From Octopus vulgaris (taxonomy: Eukaryota): a DNA stretch of 64,000 bases. Location: the NCBI GenBank assembly GCA_951406725.2, contig OX597828.1, positions 3,968,001 through 4,032,000 on the forward strand. Direction: 5' to 3'. Positions 25,336-39,660 of this stretch are shown piece by piece. The notes beneath the pieces were generated by a model. It was not told the origin of the DNA. It searched no databases and was given only the letters and a program-made list of their open reading frames with translations. Made by a program: the position numbers and the translations under genes. Each line of letters opens with the position of its first letter. Positions within the stretch are counted from its first letter, which is position 1.

Positions 25336-26753
25336 TTGGGTTATCCCAGAAATAATGCGGTTTTTTATACAGTACTGTAGGAATGTTTATCGATACGGAT
25401 AAGTAAAGTTTGGAAGAGGGGCTTTGCAAATCTACCAGATAGATGGAAGAGCTTTGTAAAGAAAAAAATGTAGATTAAAAAATGATTTTGTTTATATTAA
25501 TTTTGAAAAGAAAAAGCTTTTCAAAATTAAGATAAATAAAATGATTTTTTAATCTAAAATATATTCTCCTTCATTTTTTTTTTTACAAAGCTCTTCCATC
25601 TATCTGGTAGACTTGCAAAGCCCCTCTTCCAAACTTTACTTATCCGCATCGAAAAATATTCCTCCAGTACTGTTGTAACCTCGTCTACAAAATTCATATT
25701 TTCCGTCCAAATGATTGTGAAGACTGCGGAATAAATGATAATCAGGTGGGGCAATGTCCGGTAAGTATGGTGGGTGGGGCATCGTTTCATATTCAAACTG
25801 CTCCAGGCTTTGGAATGTCATCCTTGCTGTAGGTGGCCGAGCATCATCCTGATGGAAGAAGACCTATCGTCTTGAAACCAAAATGATCGTTTTTCTTCTA
25901 GCCCTGGTGTCGGTAAATGGTTGAAGAAAAACGATCATTTTGGTTTCAAGACGATAGGTCTTCTTCCATCAGGATGATGCTCGGCCACCTACAGCAAGGA
26001 TGACATTCCAAAGCCTGGAGCAGTTTGAATATGAAACGATGCCCCACCCACCATACTTACCGGACATTGCCCCACCTGATTATCATTTATTCCGCAGTCT
26101 TCACAATCATTTGGACGGAAAATATGAATTTTGTAGACGAGGTTACAACAGTACTGGAGGAATATTTTTCGATGCGGATAAGTAAAGCCCTGGTGTCGGT
26201 AAATGGTTGAATGACCAAATCCAAACTTCTCTTCTAGATCCTCAACACTGGCGATGGGATTTTGTTCCACCAGGGTTTGCAGGATGTCCTCATCGAGCTC
26301 TACAGATCTTCCAGGACGTGGTTTGTCTTCTACGTTGTAGTTTCCAGCTTGGAATTTTTGCAACTACTGTTGACACTGGCTTACATCATCATCATTGTTC
26401 GACCGTGGTCGAGACAATGGAATTTACTATGTTACGCCAGACCTCACGGTCCATAAGCTTACGCTTACCTGATCACCATATACTGCATAAATATTCTACG
26501 CACTTTTGCGTTTGTGCCTTTATTGAACTCATAAAGCAAAATATGCCAAATATGCCCCTTTGTCACTTCCTTAATAGCTTTGAAAGAAACTGTTAAAATC
26601 GAATTGCACTCATCACAACATGCACTAAGAATAAGGGAAAAGGGAACATTACAACCTACCTTTATAGCAAGTTGATGCAGGTATTTTATTCCGTCCCCCT
26701 CTGACTTTTAGTTCATGTAATTGAAAAACCACATTATTTATGGGATAACTCTA
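25336..26753 (-). mobile_element. Internally deleted and rearranged mariner element with both TIRs
   Basis: TIRs TTGGGTTATCCCAGAAATAATGCGGTTTTT (25336-25365) and 26724-26753. N-terminus HIWHILLYEFNKG...QKFQAGNYNVEDKPRPGRSVELDED. C-terminus FHQDDARP...HPPYLPDIAPPDYHLFRSL is present on both strands. Confidence 0.92.
26385..26456 (-). mobile_element. 72-bp LINE 3' end with (ATG)n tail and 6-bp TSD, nested in mariner
   Basis: Minus strand encodes MDREVWRNIVNSIVSTTVEQ* then TGA repeats; GCTTAC flanks both sides (26379-26384, 26457-26462). Confidence 0.7.
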
Positions 26754-26959
26754 TTACTCTTATACTTGTTTCAGTCATTTGACTGCGGCCATGCTGGAGC
26801 ACCACCTTTAATAGAGCAAATCGACCCCGGGACTTATTCTGTTGTAAGCCCAGTACTTATTCTATCGGCCTCTTTTGCCAAACCGCTAAGTAACGGGGAC
26901 ATAAACACACCAGCATCGGTTGTCAAGCAATGCTAGGGGGACAAACACAGACACACAAA

Positions 26960-26994
<35 letters not shown>

Positions 26995-27165
26995 GTATAT
27001 ACGACGGGCTTCTTTCAGTTTCCATCTACGAAATCCACTCACAAGGCTCTGGTCTGCCCGAGGCTATAGTAGAAGACACTTGTTCAAGGTGCTACGCAGT
27101 GGAACTGAACCCGGAACCATGTGGTTGGTTAGCAAGCTACTTACCACACAGCCACTCCTGCGCCT
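26754..27165 (-). mobile_element. SINE family A
   Basis: Full-length match to 8911-9329. Confidence 0.9.
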
Positions 27166-28087
27166 ATATATAACTTATATACATACATATGTACAGAAGT
27201 ATGTATACATATATGTATACATTGAATTCCATACACATTCACACACGCACAAATAATCATCGAGATACTTTCAGTTGTCGTCTGGTTTTTGTTACATTTT
27301 CTATTCTTTGCAGACAGAAATAAATTAAGTTTTAGATTTAGTATAATGTATTTTCATAAAACACGCAAAGTCAATATAAAGGACAATTTCCACCAGTAAA
27401 TCGTCAATGCCTGTCGTTGTGAGTTATTTGACTGAAAAATACCAAAATGTTTTGAAGCAAACATAAAATAGGGTGACACAACGTCATTATGAGGTTTAAA
27501 GATACGTAAAACACTATTGAAAGACTTTGAATATGAACTGAATATGAATTTCAAACACTATTAAACAGAAAATTGTTGCAGAGCTGAAATGATCAATAAG
27601 AAAGACAAGATTTGATCATCAAAAATAGGAGCCGACGAAAATAAATTCAACCATGTTTTTAATTCGTGGCAGATAAATGTTAATCTGATAATGTCTCTGG
27701 CATTCAGCTACTTAACTATATGTACCTTTTTAATATTTAGGAGGCGGAGCGTGTCTTCCCTGTTTGTATCTGTCTCTCCAATAAAAAATATTCTTATTTA
27801 CTTCGGCGATCTTCCTCTGCCTCATCCTCTCTAGAATGATTCTTACCAGTTATATTTATTGCTGTCAAAACAGCTCCCAAAATATGATACTCGCCTAAGT
27901 AATGACATTACGATAATTTCATTTAATTAAATAATAATGAAGAATAAATTTCCCATTTGGCCACCCGTTAGTCTTTATTCGCTTCTCTCCTTTCTCTTCT
28001 AATTACATATCGGAACATTCACCTCAACATGACTACTCACTTACTCTCTCTCTCTCACTCTCTCTATCTAGCTAGCTAGATATTTGG

Positions 28088-28144
<57 letters not shown>

Positions 28145-28281
28145 GGTAACTGCTGAGAAAATCTGGAACTTGACTGAAGATAGAAAACTCCGAATGACCA
28201 GTCCATGTTTATTTTTGTATCGTGTAACTGTCCTGATGTTTTGTTGTCGCCTGTTAAGTTTTTGTTCCATTTTTTTGTTTT

Positions 28282-28338
<57 letters not shown>

Positions 28339-28351
28339 ATATATTACATTA

Positions 28352-28566
28352 CCGCCCACAAGGAGCTAAACACAGAGGGGACAAACAAGGACAGACAAAC
28401 GGATTAAGTCGATTACATCGACCCCAGTGCGTAACTGGTACATAATTTATCGACCCCGAAATGATGAAAGGCAAAGTCGGCCTCAGCGGAATTTAACGTA
28501 ACGGCAGACGAATTACGGCTAAGCATTTCGCCCGGCGTGCTAACGTTTCTGCCAGCTCACCGCCTT
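28352..28566 (-). mobile_element. SINE family B
   Basis: Minus head AAGGCGGTGAGCTGGCAGAAACGTTAGCACGCCGGGCGAAATGCTTAGC; body TCGGGGTCGATAAATT...GCACTGGGGTCGATGTAATCGAC. Confidence 0.85.
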
Positions 28567-28572
28567 TGTATG

Positions 28573-28601
<29 letters not shown>

Positions 28602-28603
<2 letters not shown>

Positions 28604-29172
28604 CAGAAATCTGGAATAACCAATATTTCCACGTTGTAGAACCAAACCTACCAATGCTCTTACAGAGCTCCAAAATGAGAAAAGTAACAGACAATCCACC
28701 CCACAAACCTTAAAAAACAACTCACAAGAGCAAAAGGTCACATAAGAGAACGAAACATAATTCTCCGTATAGGAATGTAGAGACAGCAGATGTGGAATAT
28801 GCAACAACAACAATAACTACAAATATATAGACGAGGACATAAACATAAAATTTAAGAGTGGATTCTTATTCAAAGTAAATGCAAATATGAACTGCAAGAC
28901 ACAAAACCCCATATACTGCATTATTTGCCCTAAATTCAAGAAGAATTATATTGACGAAACCAATAATTCCCTTTGCCATCGCACAAGTATCCACAGGCAG
29001 GACATCCGACAAGAGGAGCTAAGGAAAATTCCACTGAGCAAACATATGGAAATATGTGGAGAAGGAAAATTCGAGATCTTCCCCTGTTACAAATGCTCAA
29101 GGAAAGACCCAAACTTCCGAAAGACACTGGAGCTACACTTCATAAAAATTTCTCACCAAAATTAAACGGATG
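28602..29172 (+). pseudogene. PLE GIY-YIG endonuclease fragment with Cys-rich linker (Neptune/Nematis-like)
   Basis: CRDSRCGIC...MNCKTQNPIYCIICPKFKKNYIDETNNSLCHRTSIHRQDIR...LSKHMEIC...RKTLELHFI. Confidence 0.8.
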
Positions 29173-29427
29173 AAAAAGGGAACATTAGAAGGAAAATTCA
29201 AAGTTCTGAAAGATCACGGAATTATATTTCACATAAAAAAATCAACAAAAATTAAGAAAACTATATATTTTTAGAATTCTACATGAATTTGATTGTATAT
29301 ATGTTAAAAATGATCACAAACCATTGCCAAAACCTTTTTACCACATTGTTGTTGGACCTTGCAAAACACTCTATAAGAAGAGATGCATTCCCTCTTCTGT
29401 ACATGACTCTCTTTCTCCTTTAGAAAA

Positions 29428-31630
29428 TTCCGAATCTGCACTCAGAATTGTTCTAACACGTCAGGATTTTGAGTTATGCGCAAGATTATAACTACATTGT
29501 CGATTAGATATAGGCCGTATTATAAAATTTGCTAAAATGATAGCGGTTTTAATTCAAAATGAAAGAAATAACAGCAATAAAACAAACGATGCGGAAGTTC
29601 TTGATTTAGTTTAGTAATAGATGGCGGTGACGTATTGTGTGCAAGCTCTAAATACGTCAGCGCTACCGTCACGTGTGGTCTTGTCCTGTGTATTTACTGA
29701 TTTAATTGTGTTAGACCACGAACAGGAGAGTCTGTGTGAATAACCCAGTTACCTTTTTTGTTAGTTCCGTTGAAAATTTGCTCCGCGAGAGAAGCAGAAG
29801 ATTGCCACCAAATTAAAAACTGCATATAAATATTATTTCGGGCGTAAAATTGGGGACCAAGAGAAGAAGTGGGCGCCTCATATATGTTGCACTGTGTGTT
29901 ACTCAGCACTTGCAATGTGGCTGAATGAAAAACGGAAGGGAATGCCTTTTGTTGTACCAATGTTATGGCATGACCCAACCAATCATATCTCTGTTACTTT
30001 TGCGTGGCTAATATTAGTGGTTTCTCAAAGAAAACCAAAGCAAAACTTGTTTATGCAGATTGTAAGTCAGATCTAAAACCGGTCCCACATGACTTCGGGA
30101 ACCCTGTTCCAGTTCTTCTCGCACATTATTCTCTTGAAGACCTTGACACGTCGCAGGATGAACCCTCTAATTTTCCTATCGACGAAGAGTACGTAGTTGA
30201 TTCTAAGAAAAATGAGCCACATCTGTTTAATCAAAAAGATTTGAACGATTTAGTAAGATTTGAATGATTTAATAAGAAGAAGGCAGAGGTTTTGGGATCC
30301 AGACTACAGCAAAGGAATCTCCTACAACAAGGTACGAAAATTTCCATTTTCTGTTCTCGCCATGAAGGCTTATCTCTCTTTTTCAAGCAAGAAAATAATG
30401 CTTGTTTCTGTACTAATATTTGCGCGCTCATGCAAAAACTAGGACACCAGCATGTGGCTAACGAAAGGAGATTGCTTACAGACTCAAGTAGAGTTAACCT
30501 CAAAGCTGAGTTGTTACATAATGGTAATGAAAGACTTTCCATTCCTGTGGGTTAGATTGTCGGTATGGAAGAAACTTAAGGATCGATAGAACTCATTCTG
30601 CAAAGAGTTAATTACGCAGTTCATATGTGAAATATTTGTGGTGATTTAAAGGGGATTTCCCTCCTCCTAGGACTGCTGCTGGGATATACCAAACACATGT
30701 GGTTCTTGTGTGGAACGGCCACGACGACAGCAATCATTACACTGTAAAAGACTAGCCTAGAAGAGATGAGCAGCAAGTTGGTCGGTATAATGTGCAAGAT
30801 ATGCCACTGGTAGACCGGCAAAATATCTTCCTTCTACCCCTTCACATAATGGCTCGGCATCATGGACAACTTCATAAAAGCAATGACAAATGATGGTTGT
30901 CACTTCCAGTACCTAAATGTAAAATTTGGTGCAGAGAAGAGTGACGCAAAAATTGAAAGCATGATTTTCATTGGACCCAAGATGATATAAGTGATGTCTG
31001 ATAGCAAATTCTGAGGTAAACTGAATCCAGTTGAGTTGACGGCAGGGGATTCCTTCGTGTTAGTTGTACAGAACTTTCTTGGAAATCATAGATTTGAAAG
31101 CTATGCTGATTTAATAAATAATATGCTAACAGCGTATGAAAGATGCCGATGTCCCTTAAAATGCACTTCTTTCATTCTCATCTCGACGTTTTCCCATCGA
31201 ATCTTAGTGCCGCTAGTGAAGAGCATGGTGAGAGGTTTCGTCAGGACATATCTGAGATGGAAACGAGGTATCAAGGTCGGTTCAATTCAGACATGATGAG
31301 TCACTACTACTGGTTCCTAGAACGGGAGACCAGTACGACTCATAAGTTCAAGAGCAAGGGTCTCAAATATATCTGAGCTGAGCATATGAAAAATAAATTC
31401 CTTAAAATAAATATACTATGTACCATTTTATTATAACTATAATTTGCCATGTACATAAATATTAACTATTCCTGATACTAATATAATATTAATATATGAT
31501 TATGCGAATAACTCAAGACCGTAACATGCTACAGGAATTCTGAGTTCAGATTTGGAATCAGCGTGCTCGATTTAGTTTGGTACAGCACTATTTGTCTGGG
31601 TAGCAAATATTTTCTTGTTATTGCCCAGTG
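29428..31630 (+). mobile_element. Chapaev3-like (CMC superfamily) DNA transposon, decayed transposase, left tip missing
   Basis: IGDQEKKWAPHICCTVC, MPFVVPMLW, LKPVPH, LLHNGN..SIP, ICGDLK, LLGYTK, VVQNFLGN, MSLKMHFFHSHLDVFP...EEHGERFRQDISEMETRYQG. Right end TTGCCCAGTG; subterminal inverted repeat 29428-29482 vs ~31503-31560. Superfamily name is from recall of motifs. Confidence 0.8.
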
Positions 31631-32367
31631 AGTTGCTGTGTGTGTATAGTGAACTAAAAAATCACTCTTTAGAAAACATTTAGAATTTCAATCAAAATAG
31701 GTTGACCATATTCATACAACCATTCTTTAATGATTACAAAAGAATAAAAAAAACAAGACCCAGAAATCCAATTTTTACTGAAGAAAGTAAAAAAAACAAC
31801 ATCTGGTTTTTCAATTAAAAACATTGACTACTACAAAAATTTGACCACATTAATACAAAAACCGCGCCTCTTTACCTCCCCTACATTAATGAATAAAAAA
31901 GAATAAAGAAACAAGGTATGGAGATGCAATTGTAACTTTTTACCGAAGAAAGTCAAAAAACAACATCTAGTATTTCAATTAAAAACCTTGACCAATTAAC
32001 ATACAAAAAATTATTTTCCCTTTCCCACCCTAAATGGTCACCAAGTACTAAACAAACATGGCTGATCATACGAATACAAAAGCTATGCCTCTTTATCTCC
32101 CCCTCCTTCACAAACTTTTTTCTTCTTTCTTCACCCTTACCTAGCAAACCCTACAATTTTTTTATATATTAAAAGGCCAAGAAATCTAACTTTAGACCAC
32201 TTTTTGATAAATCTAAAAAAAGAAGAAAGCGCTAAAAGTATAAATAAAATGCAAATAAAAATACATATAATCTTCAAGCATTCTGACTACCATATTCTAA
32301 ATCTATCTATCTATATATCTACCTATCTATATACATACAAACGTACATACATACATACATACATACA

Positions 32368-32401
<34 letters not shown>

Positions 32402-33150
32402 CATACACACACACACACACAAATGTCGCTTAGCATTGCTGGTGATATTGTTCGATCCGGCTTTCTACGTAGCATATTTAGCAGCAGATATTCACATCAT
32501 CAAGGAAACATCGACTAGTAGCTGATATAAGTTAAATAGTAATTCAAAGGTCCGTGAAGTCGCGGTTCACCTATGAAACTGGCATTCGTGTTGAGAAAGA
32601 AACGCGTTTAGTCTTATGGATATCAGTGGTAAGGAAAAGTCACCCAGCATTTGTAATGAAATTGCCCAAGGATCTGAACTTCAGCTCGTTAGCTTCTACG
32701 TTAGAGAGATACAGAGAAAGAGGAAGAGTGACAGCTAGGGGAGAGAGATAGAGGAGGAAGGCATGGAAAGAAGTAGGGAGAGAGCTACGAAGTGTGAGAC
32801 GAGTGTAAGAAAGCTTACGAGTAAGAGATATATACGGGGATATTGCGTGTTTTTGCAGGTATCTGAGTATGCGCATAAATTTAGTTATCTATCAAGTATT
32901 CCGTTTGATTTTATACTTTGCGCATTGACCAAATCATATCCTACTCGCATAAAATCTTTTGATAAATTCATTTGCACCGAAGTTCGTACGTTCTGTTACC
33001 ATGTCATTCTGATCGCCGTACATTAACATCTGTAAGCGCAATGCCGTTGGCTATGAACTGCGCTGCACAATAATATCTCTCCATAAATATATATATATAT
33101 ATATATATACATTATACCTGTATGAGTGAGTACATACATATAATATATAG

Positions 33151-33227
<77 letters not shown>

Positions 33228-35067
33228 TATATGTATATATATATATATATATGCACTTATACACACAAACATATATGTGAGTATATGTATGTATATAAAA
33301 TCTCGATTAAAATGAGGAAGACTAAAACCAATGAAAGAAAAAAAAAAGAGAAATACGATTTATTGCTCAGCAACCATATATGAAATTGAGTTTTTTTAAT
33401 AGTGAAAAGTGCATATGTTATTAATTGTTTATAGTCTCCGCTGTGTTATTTCTTTTGGAATTTATGACTGAGGAGCCTAAGTGGCTGGGATCAATAGAAA
33501 CGGAGAATAATATAGATAGAGTTGTACGACAAAAAAGACAATAGAAATGACGCAGCAAAAGAGGTTATATAAGAGATTCAGGTACGCAGAAGTAGTATAT
33601 ATTGTCATATTGAGAGGGACAAAGAGACAGAATGAGTACGAGCGAAAGAGAATATAAGCAAATGTGCAAAACAGTGAAGGACAAATAAAATACTTTTGTA
33701 CGTAATTGGAAATGATATTTTTCTCCGTAATTGGAAACGATATGTATATTTGTTTTTATGCTTTTCATAATTTTTGAAATCCCCAGAGTGTTCGGAATGT
33801 AAATAGCGTATATTTATTTCCGTTTTCATCTCAACAAAATAAATTTGAAAAATAATAATAAAGCGTCATTTTATCATGTACTATTTTGTTATTTGTTTGT
33901 CCACACTTATGAGCACAGACAATCATATATATATATATATGCATACTCATTTATGCATTTATACATGTGCACAGTTCCACACGTACATATATTTCCGTGC
34001 ATAACAGCTTTAGAAAATAATGTAAAAAAATAACAATGAATGAAAGAGACGAATGCAAAATCGAAAATTCTCTTAACAAATGCATCAATCAAACAACAAA
34101 TCTGAGTCGCTTTAGTTTGAAGTGATTTGCTTTTATATTTATTGATCTTTTCGTTGCCATTGTTTTCCTAGTTTTGAAATTGATGTATTCTGAAATTAAA
34201 TAGCCAGCTATTGTTGCTTAATTTGATGTACACTACAAACAGAAGTACTCTGCAATTTCTAGTCTGCACTCTTCTATAAGATTATGTTTCCAGGAAAATG
34301 GATTCGGTTTTATATTGTTCGATTTATCTTTTACTTTTTATATATTTATTTTTTCTTTTATTTTCTATTAGAATTTCGACCAATGAGGCTCTGATGATCA
34401 GAAGTGATTGACTGAAAGTATGAGAATGTAAGAAATTTAGGGAAGAACACGACGTGTTTCAAGTAAAATTTGTAGTGAATAGGTTACTAGATAAAAATGG
34501 TGAAGAAATTAAAATGCGATATGGCCCTGAATTTTTTTACTTGATTTTGAGAAAATTCTCAGAGAAAGTTCTAGTTTGCATTTTGCTGCTGTAAACTCTT
34601 TTTGTTAAAAAAAAATTTGGCATGCCTTTTCTGATTCCTTACAGACACATCGATGTTTGAAGCAATATGTCTCGTTGAAAGCAATTAACAATAACAAATA
34701 AATCCTCGAAGATATAAGCCTGGCATATGCTGGGAAGGGTTTGCATATGCATTTAATTCAATATTCGTGTACTGTGTTATGTTTCTAAATTATAATTATT
34801 AGATATTGGTAGCTATATAATACCGGTTCTAGCTTTAGACCTTGAGAACGCAAATATCTGAAAACAGAGTTTCTACGAATGTATGCATTGAAAGTAACGC
34901 ATTCTAAATATAATTTGCTTTGATATTTTTGACAAAGGTTAAATAAGAAATGGTAATATAAGGCTGGGATAAAGATTTTAACCAAACTTTTCAACTGTGT
35001 ATTCTATGATTTTGGTTTATATATGTTTTGTATATTATGAATTGAGTTAGTAATTAAAGTGATTAAA

Positions 35068-36110
35068 AAGGCTACGAACTGGCAGAATTGTTAGCATGCC
35101 GGGCAAAATAGTTAGCAGTATTTCATACGTCATTATGTTCTGAATTCAAATTTCTCCGGGGTTAACGTTACCTTTAATCTGTTTTGGGTCGATAAAATAA
35201 TACCAGTTGAGCACTGAGGTCGATTTAATCCACTCACCCCACTTCACGAAACTGCTGGCCTTGTACCAAAACTTGTAATCAATAATCTTTTCTACTCTAG
35301 GCATAAGGCCCAACATTTTTGGGGAGAGGGCCAGTCGATTAGAACGAGCCCAGTACCCAAGTGGGACTTAATTTATCGACCCCGAAAGCCAAAGGCGATC
35401 TCGACAAAATTTGAACTCAGACAGTAAAGACAGACAAAATACCTATTTCTTTACTAACCACAAGGGGACAAACAGAGGGGACAAACAAGGACAGACAGAC
35501 GGATTAAGTCGATTATATCGACCCCAGGGCGTAACTGGTACTTACTTTATCGATCCCGAAAGGATGAAAGGCAAAGGCGACCTCGGCGGAATTTGAACTC
35601 AGAACGTAGCGGCAGACGAAATACTGCTAACGTTTCTGCCAGCTGGCCGCCTCGGAGAACGGAATAAATAATGCAAAGTATTCTTATCAGGACACGGAGA
35701 GCCAATCAAATAATGCAAATTATTTTTTATCCAACGCTCTAACGATTCTTCCAATTTAATACTTTTGAAATGATTAATAAAAATGCTAATTTATGATACT
35801 CGAATAAAGAAAGGACCAGATTTAATGCATTCCATATCTTCAAAAAGTACTCAGAACGTAACGGCAGACGAAATAACTATTTCTTTATTACCCTCAAGGG
35901 GCTAAACACAGAGGGGACAAACAAGGACAGACATAGGTATTAAGTCGATTACATCGACCCCAGTGCGTAACTGGTACTTAATTTATCGACCCCGAAAGGA
36001 TGAAAGGCAAAGTCGACCTCGGCGGAATTTGAACTCAGAACGTTGCGACAGACGAAATACCGCTAAGCATTTCGCATGTCGCGCTAACGTTTCTGCCAGC
36101 TCGCCGCCTT
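35068..36110. mobile_element. Cluster of SINE family B copies (plus 35068-35280; minus 35285-35652 and 35850-36110)
   Basis: Repeated TTTATCGACCCCGAAAGGATGAAAGGCAAAGTCGACCTCGGCGGAATTTGAACTCAGAACG and heads GCCAGCTCGCCGCC. Confidence 0.85.
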
Positions 36111-36711
36111 ACATCTAAAATGAGTAATAGAGCATTTCATAAATACTTCAAATATCTAAATATAAATATGCTACTGCCATTATGATGTATTTATAGCCAT
36201 TGCCTCACAATCTTGCGTGGAAATGTTATGAAAAAATATAGGAATAAGCGTCCTTTTTTACTAAAAGTCTTCCGAAGATTCTTCAATAAATAAAACGCAA
36301 ATACGAAGCACATATTTGGAAATTTTCGTTTTATCTTGTTTTATTAATGACTTTGCTTTTAACTTAGGTTCAACAAAAGCATTTTCGTATTGTTTTATTA
36401 ATAACGTTGCTCTCAACTTATGCTCAACAGATGTATTTTCACTAGAATAGTACAGTTTTTCAGTAATGATTACGATTTTGTTTTTCAAAAATAAGGATAG
36501 AAGTACAATTTTCAGTAAACGAAATATTTTCTCAAACCATTAGATTTCTGATTATACCTTACCTCGACAATCAAGACCTTTTTAGACATTCTATTTTGTT
36601 ATCATTAGACAAGCATTTTCGTCGAGTGATGCACCAAACCGGAGGTTTATATTTGGTATTTTGATCGTTCTTCTCCTGTCTTTCTTTCTTTCTGTTTTTT
36701 TTTAAAAAATC

Positions 36712-37058
36712 TTTCTACTTGTTTCAGTCATTAGACTGCGACCATCCTGGGGTTACGCCTTGAAGAAGTTTAATCGACCACAGTACTTTTTTTAAAAACC
36801 AGGTACTTATTCTGTCGGACACTTTTGTCGAACCGCAGCATTACGGAGACGAAAACACACCAAAACCGGTCATCAAACAGTGGTAGGGAACAAACACAGA
36901 CACCAAGACACACACATATCAGTTTCCCTCAACCAAATCCACTCACAAGGCTTTGTAGGCCCGAGGCTATAGTATGAGAAACTTGCCCAAGGTATCAGGC
37001 AGTGGGACTGAACCCGGAACCATGTAGGTTAAAAGCAAAATTCTTACCACACAGCCAG
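36712..37058 (-). mobile_element. SINE family A, diverged
   Basis: TACTTGTTTCAGTCATT tail; GCAGTGGGACTGAACCCGGAACCATG and TTACCACACAGCCA head. Confidence 0.85.
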
Positions 37059-39496
37059 GTGTGCTCCAATTTATCCACAATATCATTACTTTCAAACCAT
37101 CATTGCAACTTGATTGATTCATAAAATTAACATACATTGAAACAAAAATACATGCACCGACAAAAACTCCGGTATTTATATATTTTTTGTGTTCACTGTT
37201 AATTCATAACTCTGAAAAATAGTTGTACTAGGTATTGGTTGCTAGAGATACGGAAACCAAATGATAACTAATATCGTAGGTATATAAAATTAACTATTCT
37301 AGTTTTCTTGGAAGCTAAGAGTTTTAACACATGGAAGTTGCCTTTCAAAGAATAAAACAATAAAAATATTGATGGATATTGTGTTGATGCACCGAGATAT
37401 AAAATACAATTCATGATTACCGTAAAAGTTATCCCAAATGCTTACAGCATTTTCAGTGATCATGCTTTCTCAAGATACAGGTGTATTCACAGCGAACATA
37501 TTTTAACTGCCAGGAAAGAAATATTACTGGAATTATCCGATGCATTCAACTCTCTCTCTCCCCACCGTGGATATATGTGTGCGTTTGAGAGTATATACAT
37601 ACATACATACATACATGCATACATACATACATGCATACATACATACATGCATACATACGTACTGGCATACACACTTATGTAAATTGATTACATAGGGTAA
37701 GTCAGACATTAAAGAACTAATATGAGATTCTTTACATTTTTACCTTTAACGCTCCGAAACATTATCCTTCTTCTCGAGACAATCATAGACCATTTATCAC
37801 ATACTATTATCTTAAGAGAATGTCGTTCCAATAAATGATAATAATTGATAATCAGCGTTCTCTAAAGAATGCCAGAAAAAGTAATTTGCTTCACGATACA
37901 TCATTTAAAGTATATTTCCATTATATCATATGTTCCTTAGCATATAACCGATAGTCACGAGTCATATTTTGACTTATTTTTGGCATATTCAGACTTTTTT
38001 CATGCACTAGAACCTCCCTTTAAGAGCGTTTCTGGAATAATGATACCCTAATCTCAATGATTATCTCCAATGTTTATAGCATAAGCGAGTGAGAATAGCT
38101 TCCTGACGTGAAAAACGAATATTAAGTTACCGTTTCTATTTGGAGTTGTGTCTATAAGTTTGGCTTCCATTTTTCTTCTGTGTGAAAGTCCCTTTAACAT
38201 GAATACAATGTAGCGACTCCATCGAAGTTAATTATAAATTCAAAAAAATATTTAGAATATAGTCTTGACGGGTTATAGTTCAAGTTTTATTTGCATATAT
38301 TCTAGACGCATACAATTCAGAAAATATTAAATTCACTTTTAAAAGCACTAATATCATGGAGTATGAATTATATATTTAAATAACCACAGAAGTATAGATT
38401 TTCTATCTTCAAAATTAAATTTTTTATATGCAGTAGCCATTACAACTAATGAAAACGTATACACAACAGACTGAATGAACAAATCTGTCCAGTGTCACTC
38501 GATATCCGTAAACCGAGCCAAGTATCTCTCTAAACAGACCATGTAAAGTTTCAAAAAACGAAAGTACATATTGGGTATTGTAATATGAGATAATCTACGA
38601 ATGAATAGACGAGATGATAGCTTGATTTTCATGGGACATGAGCCTGCCTGATCAAGTGTAAACTTGAAATAAATAAAGAGAAATTAGGACTTTTAATTAC
38701 TCTATGTTTCTTTATTAAATGGTAAAATTTGGTATGAAATGTTATCATTCTAGTCTTATTTAAGAAATGTCTTGAGTTTCTTTCTAATTTCAGAAAGGAC
38801 TTCTTTAGAATTTGCTGATGTTTAGCGTGTGTGTGATTCTATTGATGTAACTTTGAAGTGAGTAAAGGAACAAGTATGCACATGCATAAGTACGCTGATG
38901 ATGGTAATCGGAGACAAAATAAATATATATTTATCAATACAATGTTTTAAATCTTTAATAGGAAGAGTTATCACGTTTCTGAGTTGTTTATCTTAAAAAA
39001 TGACTCACATAGTCAGTGAATCTAGAAATATTATAAAAATTTATGATATTATATACAACAGGTTTAAAAGAAATTTATAATTTTTTAATCGTATGTGTCT
39101 AAAATACTATTAGCTGCACAGTAGAAATTTGAGCTTCAGAAGACCCAGCACTCAGTTTGTGTCGTATATGTAACGTGATCAATTGTAGATAAACGTCTCA
39201 GTCTATTTCAGTTCAGATAAAGCTGCGTTAAATACTTCAAATTAAGGGAAATAATCTAATGCACCCGAAAATGGTAATTCCACCTCTCAGGAATGAAGAT
39301 TTTATACAATTTTTCCACTTGAGCAGGCGCTTAACTAATACTTTACCCATCATGGGTTTTAACTTTTATTCTTTTACTTGTTTCGGTCATTTGACTGCAG
39401 CCACACTGAAGCACAAACGCGCACACAGATGGATATATATATACACATACATTATTTACAATTGACGGACATTTGTCCTCATCTTGTTTGTTGTTA

Positions 39497-39540
39497 ACAC
39501 AACGTTTCGGCTGATATACTCCCCAACCTTCATCAGGTGT
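39497..39540 (-). ncRNA. Minimal hammerhead ribozyme (ACGT stem III)
   Basis: ACAC-CTGATGA-A-GGTTG gggagtatat CAGCC-GAAA-CG-TT-GTGT. Confidence 0.75.
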
Positions 39541-39585
39541 ATTGGGGAACCTGGGTTCTCTGTTGTTGTTCTTCTTATTAGTATT

Positions 39586-39660
39586 CAGGTCACTGCTTGG
39601 AATTGAACTCGGAATCTTGGGATTAATAACCCCCGCTCTTAACCACTACACCATATGTCC
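39586..39660 (-). other. tRNA-derived segment (Pol III A/B boxes), not a functional tRNA
   Basis: TGGTGTAGTGGTTAAGAGC (A box/D arm) and CCGAGTTCAATTCC (B box/T arm); acceptor stem not intact. Confidence 0.7.

Noticed and set aside
28163-28205. CTGAAGA...CTCCGAATGA
   Set aside because: GAAA incomplete and stems broken.
34385-34425. CTGATGATCAG...CTGAAAG
   Set aside because: Stem II and GAAA overlap; no stem I or III.
36335-36440. 54-bp diverged tandem duplication (similar small ones at ~12008-12066 and ~31790-32100)
   Set aside because: Ordinary local duplications with no further structure.
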